Shown here: positions 8,960 through 17,218 of the stretch, piece after piece
How the letters are laid out: each line of letters starts with the position of its first letter
Position numbering within the stretch: the stretch's first letter is position 1
NCBI GenBank assembly: GCA_934098565.1
Contig: CAKOON010000001.1
Location: forward strand, 300,275-364,274
Direction: 5' to 3'
DNA length: 64,000 nucleotides
Origin: an uncultured Bacilli bacterium
GTDB taxonomy: Bacteria > Bacillota_I > Bacilli_A > RF39 > UBA660
The notes under the pieces: model-generated
What the model was told of the DNA's origin: nothing
The model's database searches: none
The model's input: only the letters and a program-made list of their open reading frames with translations
Made by a program: the position numbers and the translations under genes

Positions 8960-10846
8960 TTATGGTTTTGCAAACAAATAATTCGTGATTTCTGTACTTA
9001 TTAAACGGTGGAGAGGGGCGTTATACTTTACTTTAGCCCCTTCAATCGAAATATTAGGATTTAAGACGACTAAAGAATACTCAGGATTATCATAGGGAAA
9101 GTAAGCCGCAAAAGTCGTATTGATGGTAGTAACTTTTTTAGCATAGTAGTTCTGAGCAGTCCCAGTTTTGCCAGCAGGCTGGTATTTTTTATTGATAAAG
9201 TTATTAGCAGTCCCACCGTTTACAACCTCATAAAAACCCCTTTGAATTCTTTTAAGATACTCTGGTTCTAAGCCAATATCATTAATTTTACTTACTCGCC
9301 CTTTTTGAAAAGATAAAGTCATTCTCTTTCCATTGTTAGCGATAGTATTAATGTAACTAAGGATTTGTAGAGGAGTATAGGTATCATATTGACCAATAGC
9401 TAAATTAAGGTATAAGTCGCTAGCAACTTTATCCCCTTGAATACCAATGTTTTCTTTGGGATAGTCAATGGCAGTCGGACTACCTAGACCAAATGTTTTA
9501 AAGACACTTCGATATTTTTCAAAATCGGCTTTAGTTACTTGCAAATCCATATTATATTTATAAGTCGCATTAGCTACTTTAATAGCAGTCAAAAACTGAT
9601 AATAATTACTGGAATGTTTAAGCGCTGTAATATCATTTAGATAGCCCAACTCTTTATAAGAACATTTTTTAGGTACACGATAAATTTTAATACACGAGTC
9701 TTTATAAAACTTAGTAGTATCAATAGCGTTATTTAGATAGCCAACAGTAGTAGAAGCCCCTTTAATAACAGACCCAACGGTATAACTAGAAAGAATAGCA
9801 CTACTAGAAATATCGGTAAAAGTACCATCTTGATACTTTAAACCACTTATTGCTAAGATAGCTCCAGTTTTAGGACTACTCAAAATAGTATAATTAGTGT
9901 CAAAATAATCGGTATTAGTCATTTTCTTTACTTTAAGCATATTATTTTTTTGAATTTCTAGTAGTTTTAGTTCTAAATCTAAATCAATATTTAAGATTAA
10001 ATCTTCGCCTGAACTTCCCTTCTCGACTAAACTTAAAGTATTATCGTTATTGATAATATATTTATCTTTTTTTCCGTGTAAGGTCTCTTCATAAAACAAT
10101 TCTAAACCAGAAAGACCGACTAAATCATTTTTGAGATAACCTTTTTCTAAGTAAGATGCCACATCTTCTTTTTGAATAGAACCGACACGTCCGATGATAC
10201 TGGGAACAATATTATAAAGATTTTCTCTTTCATAAACATAATCACAAGCTAGACCAGTTAGATTATATTCGGTAATTTGCATACATACGTTCTCGCTAAC
10301 ATTTTTTAAAACAATTTTAGTATCATAGGCATAACCATTAGTAAGTAGATAATAAGTATGAATAGCTAAACGGTCTTTAAGAGTATATTTCTCAATTTCT
10401 TTATCAATCCGATTATACTTAATCTTTTCAATCTCAGCATTGGTAATTTTTCGATATTTAAGGTTGTCTTTATCAATATTAGTTAACAGATAGTTAGTAT
10501 TTTCTGTTAAAAGGTAATACTTTTTCAACTCATCTTTAGTAGCTTCATCAGTTAAGTTAAGAATACTTATTAGTTTATAAGCCAAATTAATGAGATAATC
10601 GGTATCCGGATTATTAATAAGACGATAAGTAATAATATTAATTTTTTTGTTATCAATTAAAACTTTACCATTAGTATCTAAAATTCGTCCTCGGTAGTCA
10701 GTAAGTCCATAAAAATATTTAGTGGTAGCTTTTTCATAAAGATTTAAATAGTAATCGTGATTTTTAATTCTTAAATCATAAAAGCGGTATGTAAAAAGTC
10801 CAAAAATTAGAATGACTATGATAAGTAAAAAGCACTTTTTTTTCAT
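8960..10846 (-). CDS. class B penicillin-binding protein (PBP2/elongation type, no PASTA)
   Basis: N-terminal TM. Motifs SxxK (GSVIKGAS), SxN (HSSNYYQ) and KTGTA. ATG at 10846 follows GGTGA, while the track start at 10858 has no RBS. Confidence 0.85.
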   Translation of the reverse strand: MKKKCFLLIIVILIFGLFTYRFYDLRIKNHDYYLNLYEKATTKYFYGLTDYRGRILDTNGKVLIDNKKINIITYRLINNPDTDYLINLAYKLISILNLTDEATKDELKKYYLLTENTNYLLTNIDKDNLKYRKITNAEIEKIKYNRIDKEIEKYTLKDRLAIHTYYLLTNGYAYDTKIVLKNVSENVCMQITEYNLTGLACDYVYERENLYNIVPSIIGRVGSIQKEDVASYLEKGYLKNDLVGLSGLELFYEETLHGKKDKYIINNDNTLSLVEKGSSGEDLILNIDLDLELKLLEIQKNNMLKVKKMTNTDYFDTNYTILSSPKTGAILAISGLKYQDGTFTDISSSAILSSYTVGSVIKGASTTVGYLNNAIDTTKFYKDSCIKIYRVPKKCSYKELGYLNDITALKHSSNYYQFLTAIKVANATYKYNMDLQVTKADFEKYRSVFKTFGLGSPTAIDYPKENIGIQGDKVASDLYLNLAIGQYDTYTPLQILSYINTIANNGKRMTLSFQKGRVSKINDIGLEPEYLKRIQRGFYEVVNGGTANNFINKKYQPAGKTGTAQNYYAKKVTTINTTFAAYFPYDNPEYSLVVLNPNISIEGAKVKYNAPLHRLISTEITNYLFAKP

Positions 10847-10896
10847 CAATTTCACCATTATTAGTATTACAAAGTTTACCTAATTCATACAATTTA

Positions 10897-11172
10897 ATGG
10901 GTGATATTTTGTATAATTTAGTGGAAAGTACAATTAATAAATTGTCTTTAAATGACATTTTTAACTTTGCTAGTAAGAGCAATATTAATCTTTCAAATGA
11001 AGAAGCCCAATTTATTTTAAGCTTTTTAAAATCAAATTGGTATATTTTGTTAAAAAAGCAAGACATAAGTGTCTTAGACAAGTACAAGGACAACTTTAGT
11101 TCAGATAATTTTACTAAGATAAGAGATAATCTTCTTATGTATAAAAACAAGTATGGTCGCCTTTTTAGATAG
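10897..11172 (+). CDS. small hypothetical protein (DUF2624/YqfT-like by eye)
   Basis: 91 aa with normal charged composition (LSLNDIFNFASKSNINLSNEEAQFILSFLK). The competing minus-strand ORF is Leu-rich and overlaps the PBP gene. No clear RBS. Confidence 0.4.
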   Translation: MGDILYNLVESTINKLSLNDIFNFASKSNINLSNEEAQFILSFLKSNWYILLKKQDISVLDKYKDNFSSDNFTKIRDNLLMYKNKYGRLFR

Positions 11173-11293
11173 AATTATCCTCTTGAAATTTTTTTAGTTT
11201 TTAGCTGGCTTATTTATTATGATTTCTAAAATTTAAAAGTTAAAAAAATCCTTAAAGGGTTCCTAATAAAAGGATTAGTCTTTAAGGACTTTT

Positions 11294-11578
11294 TTATTTT
11301 AGAAATTCTTCTAATTCATTTTTACTTAAAAAGCCAATATTTTTCTTAATTTCTTTTCCATTATCGAAAAGAATAATTGTTGGAATTGACATAACACCAA
11401 AGTTACGGGCTATATCAGGAAATTTATCAACATTGATTTTTAAAATGGGAAAATCAATTGTTTCTAAGATAGTTCCTAGCATTTTACAAGGTCCACACCA
11501 GTCAGCATAAAAGTCTACTAAAACTTTTTTATTCTTTAATTCATTATCTAAATCGTTGGTTTCTAAATATTTAATCAT
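11294..11578 (-). CDS. trxA: thioredoxin
   Basis: 94 aa. WCGPC active site and thioredoxin-fold length. Confidence 0.9.
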   Translation of the reverse strand: MIKYLETNDLDNELKNKKVLVDFYADWCGPCKMLGTILETIDFPILKINVDKFPDIARNFGVMSIPTIILFDNGKEIKKNIGFLSKNELEEFLK

Positions 11579-12294
11579 TTTAATTCTCCTTGGTACTTCC
11601 CTATTATAGCATAGGGATTTTTAATATCAATCTTTTTTGTATTGATTAATTTTTCAGCCTGTTCCTTCGTAATAATATTGTATTTGATTAAAACGGCAAA
11701 AGCAGCCTCGTTATACCCTTCTTTATTATCTTTATACGTATTTTGAAGTTCTAAAATTTCATTGATAGCAGCTTTTGGTTCAGCAAAGGTACTCTTTAAA
11801 ACAGGGGTGTTATTCAAAATACTACTAGCTAACTTTGAGTCTTTAATGATGGTTGTTGTAGGATTAAAGACTTGGATAAGGAAAAGGCAAGCAAAAATAA
11901 TGCAATAATACTCGACAAAGCCAAAAATAAGGCCGAGAATTTTTGAAAATAACCCAAAAACTATAGTTAGTCTTAGAATTTTTTCTAAAATACCACTGGC
12001 AAAGATAACAACTTTTAACAAGATTTCTAAAATAGCAAAGCAAATAAGAAAAGCAAGGCCTTCATAAATAAGAACATTTAGAACAGTAACACCAGCTAAG
12101 TCCCCCGAAAAATTAAAGAAAGGTAAATGCAAATACATAAATTCTGAAATGGGATTTTTCAACGCAAAAGCTAAATAAATAATCAATAAAGTTCCTAAAA
12201 ATGAAACAGCACTTTTGATAACACCAGTCTTAAAGCCAATGGCAGCTCCAAATAAAAGCATAATAATGATGATACTATCAACTATACTAACCAT
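11575..12294 (-). CDS. cvpA: CvpA-family integral membrane protein
   Basis: Multiple TM helices plus a soluble tail. Divergent from rnhC, as in B. subtilis (yshB). ATGA overlap with trxA. Confidence 0.7.
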   Translation of the reverse strand: MVSIVDSIIIIMLLFGAAIGFKTGVIKSAVSFLGTLLIIYLAFALKNPISEFMYLHLPFFNFSGDLAGVTVLNVLIYEGLAFLICFAILEILLKVVIFASGILEKILRLTIVFGLFSKILGLIFGFVEYYCIIFACLFLIQVFNPTTTIIKDSKLASSILNNTPVLKSTFAEPKAAINEILELQNTYKDNKEGYNEAAFAVLIKYNIITKEQAEKLINTKKIDIKNPYAIIGKYQGELK

Positions 12295-12330
12295 AAAATC
12301 ACTTCCTACTCTAAGTATATACTAATTAAT

Positions 12331-12359
12331 TTGAAAAAGAAAGACAAATATGCTAAAAT
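12331..12359 (+). promoter_or_regulatory. candidate sigma-A promoter of rnhC
   Basis: TTGAAA, 17-nt spacer, TAAAAT. The -10 element ends 24 nt upstream of the ATG, and a GAGG RBS follows. Confidence 0.55.
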
Positions 12360-12383
12360 TTTTTTAGTAAGCGAGGTATAATT

Positions 12384-13316
12384 ATGACTATTTGTTTTAA
12401 ATTAAGTGCTAATCTCATTCCTATGGTAACCAAGTATTATGAAAAATACACGCCCATGAAAACACCGCCTTATGCGGTATTTCAAGTCAAAAATTATGAT
12501 ACGACAATAACTCTTTATGAGTCTGGAAAAATTATGTTTCAAGGTATAAGTGCAGATATTGAAGCGTCTTTATGGATAGAACAAGAACGGATTAAAAATA
12601 ATCGCTATATTGACGCCTCTGGCAAAGAAAAAACGAAAAGTAAAGAAAATGTGCCAACTAAAAAGTTTTATAATATGGCAACTGTTGGTTCAGACGAGGT
12701 TGGTACAGGTGATTATTTTGGCCCAATTGTAGTCAGCGCCACTTTCGTTTCTAAAGATAACATTAGCTTTTTAACCGATTTAGGTGTTCGGGATAGTAAA
12801 AAATTAACTGATGAAAAAATTATAGAAATTGCTCCTCTTATTATTAAAAATATTCCTTATGTTACTTATATTTTAGATAACGATACTTATAATAATTTAA
12901 AGGACGAAGATAAAAACATGAATAAGATTAAGGCTATCCTTCACAATAAGGTTTTAACTACCCTTATTAAAAAAGATAATTATCCTTATGAAGCAATTAT
13001 TATTGATCAATTTGTTTATCCCAAAAAGTTTTATGAGCATATTAGTAAGGCTAAAGAAAAAATTACTAATGTTACCTTTATGACCAAAGCTGAAGACCAA
13101 GTCTTATCGGTAGCAGCGGCTTCTATTATTTGTCGTTATGTCTTCTTAAAAGCAATGAAAAAAATGAGTGAAGAATTAGGTACTCAAGTTTTATTAGGCG
13201 CAGGCGCTAACGTTGACCTACTAGCTAAAAAAATCTTAGACGAAAAAGGTTCAGAGTATTTAAAGCACTATGTCAAATGGAATTTTAAAAATACTGAAAA
13301 AATAAAGGCTCTTTAA
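12384..13316 (+). CDS. rnhC: ribonuclease HIII
   Basis: 310 aa. N-terminal TBP-like domain plus RNase H domain with GSDEVGTGDYFGP. Confidence 0.9.
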   Translation: MTICFKLSANLIPMVTKYYEKYTPMKTPPYAVFQVKNYDTTITLYESGKIMFQGISADIEASLWIEQERIKNNRYIDASGKEKTKSKENVPTKKFYNMATVGSDEVGTGDYFGPIVVSATFVSKDNISFLTDLGVRDSKKLTDEKIIEIAPLIIKNIPYVTYILDNDTYNNLKDEDKNMNKIKAILHNKVLTTLIKKDNYPYEAIIIDQFVYPKKFYEHISKAKEKITNVTFMTKAEDQVLSVAAASIICRYVFLKAMKKMSEELGTQVLLGAGANVDLLAKKILDEKGSEYLKHYVKWNFKNTEKIKAL

Positions 13317-13345
13317 AGAAGCTTTTTATATTTTTTGATACGATA

Positions 13346-13394
13346 AAAGTGTAATAATTAATTGTAAAAACGCAATTATTATTACACTTTTTTA
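13346..13394. terminator. bidirectional intrinsic terminator between convergent rnhC and the TPR gene
   Basis: Long AT-rich hairpin AAAAGTGTAATAATTAATTG...CAATTATTATTACACTTTTTT, with A/T runs on both sides. Confidence 0.6.
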
Positions 13395-13483
13395 TTATAG
13401 TTACAGAGACTTTTACAAGAATCTTTTCAAAACAACGGGCTCATTATAAGAAGTAGCAATCCATCTTTACCAAATATTCTGCT

Positions 13484-14884
13484 TTAAATAAATAGATTTC
13501 TAATTAAAGGCTTATAGCGTAAGGAACCAGAACTTTGATAATATTTAAGCATCGTCTTAGAAAGTAATTTAATATCAATAATATCTTTAGTACCTTTATA
13601 GGTTGTTACGGCGATATAATCTTCCCCAAAGTTACCGATACCAGGGTAATAAATAATATAAACGTCACTATACTCGTTAGAATGAGGCTCTAAATCAGCA
13701 AGCATAGCAGGTATTATTGTATTTATTAAATTTTCAGCCGAAACTTCAGCAGTTAACGGACAATTTTCTTTGGTATCAAGAATTAATTCTTCTAGTGAAT
13801 AATTAAGTAATTGTGCTTCTTTATTGGTTAAATTACTGTAATCCAACTCTGGAAAGAAAATGTTATATTTTTTACTTAAATAGAGAATATAGGGACGATA
13901 ACGGTCTATTAAAGTACTTTTTTTAATAACTTCATTCGCAGTATCAACAGCTAAATAAGGGTCAAGGTGCATAGCACATTTCAAAGCATAAATTAGGCAT
14001 CTTGGATATTTTCTGCTGGCTATCACATTAGCATCGTGCCCTTCTTGATATTTTTGATGTTTATAATAAATATAACCTAAAATATAGTTAGCATAATGAT
14101 TTTTAATTGGAAACTCTTTTTGACGTTCCCGGTTTAACATTTTAAGAGTTTCGATGGCTTCATCATCTTTATCTTGAATAGCATAAATAATGCCTTGCTT
14201 TTCTAGAGCTTCTGTACGGACTTTTATATCTTCACTACAAGTGTTATCAGCTAAAAAGACAAGGGCGTCATCATATTTTTCTTCTAAAAAAGCAATATTA
14301 GCATAACATTTATTTAAATTTTCACGATCTTTAGTATTCATTTTCTTTACTTGACTTAAATAATTTCTCGCATCATCTAGTTTATTCTTTTTAATCATAC
14401 TGGTTGCAAGACCAATATAGGAAATATTATCATTTCTTACTTTTCGATTATATGGAATAGTATTTCGATTAACGAAAAGTAATGCTTCATAATACTCTAT
14501 AGCAGAGTCTAATTGATTAGTTGTTAAAGAATAGAAAGCTAAATCAGTTAGAGCTTTTATTTCATAAGGATTAATACCAATAGCAGCTTTGTAACAATCA
14601 ACCATTTGGGAAAATTTGCCTTTTTTACGATAGTAAAGGCCTTTTTCAGTATAAACTTTGGCCATGTAAAAAGAATTTCCCGACTTTAAGACAAAGTCAA
14701 AATAAAAATTAATTTGAATCAACGAAAAATCTAAGATACTAAAAATTTTGCCGATAAAATAAGCAGCCTCAACTCTAGTATCTATATCCCCTTCTTGAAA
14801 CCATTTTTGAAATTCCAACGTCGCTTCGTGATATTGATGATTAAAATATAAGTCTCTAGCAGTTGTTAATTTTTCACTTCGCAT
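13484..14884 (-). CDS. TPR-repeat protein with a distinct C-terminal ~40-aa module
   Basis: 466 aa. Repeated TPR-like helices (A..Y...G..Y......A...Y). RBS AGAGGA. The C-terminal YIIYYPGIGNFGEDYIAVTTYKGTKDIIDIKLL is shared with the upstream gene. Confidence 0.7.
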   Translation of the reverse strand: MRSEKLTTARDLYFNHQYHEATLEFQKWFQEGDIDTRVEAAYFIGKIFSILDFSLIQINFYFDFVLKSGNSFYMAKVYTEKGLYYRKKGKFSQMVDCYKAAIGINPYEIKALTDLAFYSLTTNQLDSAIEYYEALLFVNRNTIPYNRKVRNDNISYIGLATSMIKKNKLDDARNYLSQVKKMNTKDRENLNKCYANIAFLEEKYDDALVFLADNTCSEDIKVRTEALEKQGIIYAIQDKDDEAIETLKMLNRERQKEFPIKNHYANYILGYIYYKHQKYQEGHDANVIASRKYPRCLIYALKCAMHLDPYLAVDTANEVIKKSTLIDRYRPYILYLSKKYNIFFPELDYSNLTNKEAQLLNYSLEELILDTKENCPLTAEVSAENLINTIIPAMLADLEPHSNEYSDVYIIYYPGIGNFGEDYIAVTTYKGTKDIIDIKLLSKTMLKYYQSSGSLRYKPLIRNLFI

Positions 14885-14894
14885 AGTTAATCCT

Positions 14895-15275
14895 CTAGTT
14901 ATTATTAGCTCTTGTTAAAACTCTACTACGGCTAGCTAATCTTAATTCTTCTTCTTTAGCTAAATCTAAGCTGACAATATCTTTAGTACTTTTTAGGGTT
15001 TCAATGACAAAGTAGTCTTCTCCGGACCAGCCAATAAATGGAATATGAATATAATACTTATCTAATTCTTCAGTACACATCTTAAACTTGGGGCTTTTAT
15101 CATCATTTAAGTAATTGGTGGCCACGTCCTTTAATAAATCCGCTATATAGTATAGGTTAGGATTTAATTTGTTACTTTTCTTTAAGTTCTCCATTGCCAT
15201 ATCAAGACTATCACCGGTCTTAAAAACTTTAGTTTCTTCTAAAGCAAATTTAATTTCTATTAAATTGGTTTTCAT
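14895..15275 (-). CDS. hypothetical protein, paralogous to the C-terminus of the adjacent TPR protein
   Basis: ATG at 15275 (MKTNLIEIK); the track start at 15338 is a TTG. The C-terminal YYIHIPFIGWSGEDYFVIETLKSTKDIVSLDL aligns with the TPR protein's tail. Its stop overlaps the next gene's RBS. Confidence 0.6.
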   Translation of the reverse strand: MKTNLIEIKFALEETKVFKTGDSLDMAMENLKKSNKLNPNLYYIADLLKDVATNYLNDDKSPKFKMCTEELDKYYIHIPFIGWSGEDYFVIETLKSTKDIVSLDLAKEEELRLASRSRVLTRANNN

Positions 15276-15426
15276 TATAAAATAATTCTCCTCGTACAGT
15301 AGAAATTTAGTATACGCTTTTTTTCTTAGTCTTGTCAAGCTAATTAAGATTGATTTAGAAAACTAGTTGGTAAATAGTCATTAATCAAGATAACAAGCAT
15401 AGATTATTTTAGAAGGGTGATATTTT

Positions 15427-15939
15427 ATGAATTATAAAGAAATTGTTACCAAGGCCGTTATTGCTAAGGGAAAGAAAAGTAGTACCAATAAATATACTTT
15501 AGAAACGGAAGAAGTACCTAATACTATTTTAGGCTGTTGGGTTATTAATCATACTTTTAATGGCACTAATCTTGGAAATAAAGTATTGGTATCAGGAAGT
15601 TTTGATGTTAATGTTTGGTATTCTTATGATAATGATAGTAAAACTGCTGTTAGTACCCAAAAGTTTAGTTATTCGGATACTATGCGTTTAAATGTCGAAG
15701 ACGCATCAGCCTCTAATGAAGTCATCGTTAAAAGTATTCAACAACCTACCGTTAGTGACGTTAGTATTAAAGATGGCATTGTTAATTTAAATATTAATAA
15801 AGAACTAGGAATTGAAATTGTTGGAGACACAAAAATAAAAGTTCCTGTTGAAGATTTAGATGATGATTATGTGGAACTTACAAATGATGATGAGGTCGAA
15901 ACAGAAGTTAACAAAATCGATACTGACTACTTAAAATAA
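15427..15939 (+). CDS. cotE: spore coat morphogenetic protein CotE homolog
   Basis: 170 aa. It matches my recollection of B. subtilis CotE at KAVIAKGKK (vs KAVVAKGRK), ILGCWVINH (vs ILGGWIINH) and DVNVWYSY (vs DINVWYSY). Acidic C-terminal tail. Confidence 0.8.
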   Translation: MNYKEIVTKAVIAKGKKSSTNKYTLETEEVPNTILGCWVINHTFNGTNLGNKVLVSGSFDVNVWYSYDNDSKTAVSTQKFSYSDTMRLNVEDASASNEVIVKSIQQPTVSDVSIKDGIVNLNINKELGIEIVGDTKIKVPVEDLDDDYVELTNDDEVETEVNKIDTDYLK

Positions 15940-16101
15940 TGGGTTCAATGCCCTTTTTTAATTCTAAAATGTAACAGTATTTCTAAAATTAATCTTAGTT
16001 AATTAAATCAAGTATTAATAAAAAACTAACTTACAACAAAAAGATGCAAGAATAATGATTTTTCTTTGAAAAAATGATAAACTTAACATGGAGGCATAAT
16101 T

Positions 16102-16476
16102 ATGGAATGTTTATTTTGTAAAATGATACAGGGAGAAGTTCCTTGCAAAAAGATATATGAAGATGAGAAAGTCATTGCTATCTTAGATTTATACCCTGAC
16201 AGTGATTGTCATACTCTTATTATTCCAAAAAAACACTTTGAAGATTTAATGGCAATTGATGAGGAAACTTTACTCCATATAAATGAGATTGCTAAGAAGT
16301 TAATTCCTGTTCTTATGGATAAAGCAAATGCTAAAGCCATCAGTACCAGAGTAAATTATGGCACTAGTCAAGCAATTAAGCATTATCACATGCATTTATT
16401 ACCTAATTTTCATGTTAAACCATGTACGATTAGTCAAGAAAAAGCTTATGAACTCTTAAAAGAGGCAATAAAGTAA
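16102..16476 (+). CDS. HIT-family (histidine triad) nucleotide hydrolase
   Basis: 124 aa. HYHMHLLP histidine triad. RBS GGAGG. Confidence 0.9.
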   Translation: MECLFCKMIQGEVPCKKIYEDEKVIAILDLYPDSDCHTLIIPKKHFEDLMAIDEETLLHINEIAKKLIPVLMDKANAKAISTRVNYGTSQAIKHYHMHLLPNFHVKPCTISQEKAYELLKEAIK

Positions 16477-16501
16477 GTTTTACCAGAAGATTAAAAAAAC
16501 A

Positions 16502-16532
16502 TTGACTCTCCAGCTAACTGGAATGATAACCT
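16502..16532 (+). promoter_or_regulatory. MerR-type promoter/operator (19-nt spacer with a central dyad)
   Basis: TTGACT (16502-16507), 19-nt spacer, TAACCT (16527-16532). The spacer holds the perfect dyad TCCAG-CTAA-CTGGA (16509-16522). The layout resembles the Tn501 mer promoter as I recall it: TTGACT, 19 nt, TAAGGT. Confidence 0.55.
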
Positions 16533-16553
16533 CAATATGAGGAGTTGAGGTTT

Positions 16554-16820
16554 ATGTGTGGCCAATGTGTTTTTTTAAAGGAAAAATATGAGAGAATTGG
16601 AAATGGTGGTGGCAAGAAATATTACTGTGAATATTTAAAGGATTATGTTTATGGCAACAGTACTTGCCTGAATTTTAAAAGTAATAGTAAAAGAAGTAGT
16701 GATAAGGTAAAGACAATTATTGAAGATGGTAAAGAATATGACAACGGTATTCCAGTTGGTCTTTATTTTCTTTTCTTACTGATTTTAATTATCGTAGGAC
16801 TAATCCTTGGAGTATTCTAA
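16554..16820 (+). CDS. small Cys-rich tail-anchored membrane protein
   Basis: MCGQCVF...YYCEY...STCLNF (4 Cys, zinc-ribbon-like spacing), then a C-terminal TM (LYFLFLLILIIVGLILGVF). ATG at 16554 is 9 nt after AGGAG. Confidence 0.5.
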   Translation: MCGQCVFLKEKYERIGNGGGKKYYCEYLKDYVYGNSTCLNFKSNSKRSSDKVKTIIEDGKEYDNGIPVGLYFLFLLILIIVGLILGVF

Positions 16821-16830
16821 TAATTATAAT

Positions 16831-17217
16831 ATGTTATATAAGATAGGTGAATTTGCTAAACTGACCAATATTTCCGTGAAAACTTTACGGTATTATGATG
16901 AAATAAATCTTTTAAAACCAGAAGAAGTCGACTTATTTAGTGGATACCGATATTATAGTTATAGACAAAAAGAAGATTTAGAACTCATTTTAGCTTTAAA
17001 AGAGGCGGGCTTTAGTTTAGAAGAAGTCAAAAGAAATAAAGATAATTATAGTGATGAAGTAATGCAAAAGAAGAAAAAAACACTTCTAATGGAACAAGAA
17101 AGATTAGATGAACGCATAAAAAAACTTGATTATCTGAGAAATCATATAAGAGATAAAAAAATAATTTTAAATGGCAATATCAAGGAAGAGCCAAGGAAAC
17201 TAGAAAGATTGAGGTAA
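16831..17217 (+). CDS. MerR-family transcriptional regulator
   Basis: N-terminal wHTH MLYKIGEFAKLTNISVKTLRYYDEINLLKP plus a coiled-coil tail. Start moved to the ATG giving the canonical MerR N-terminus. Confidence 0.85.
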   Translation: MLYKIGEFAKLTNISVKTLRYYDEINLLKPEEVDLFSGYRYYSYRQKEDLELILALKEAGFSLEEVKRNKDNYSDEVMQKKKKTLLMEQERLDERIKKLDYLRNHIRDKKIILNGNIKEEPRKLERLR

Positions 17218-17218
17218 T

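Noticed and set aside
10776-11150. 124-aa minus-strand ORF overlapping both the PBP2 5' end and the plus-strand 91-aa ORF
   Set aside because: It is Leu-rich and odd in composition, and it overlaps the PBP gene by ~70 nt. The opposite-strand ORF has a more protein-like sequence. Neither has a strong RBS, so the plus-strand call itself is only 0.4.
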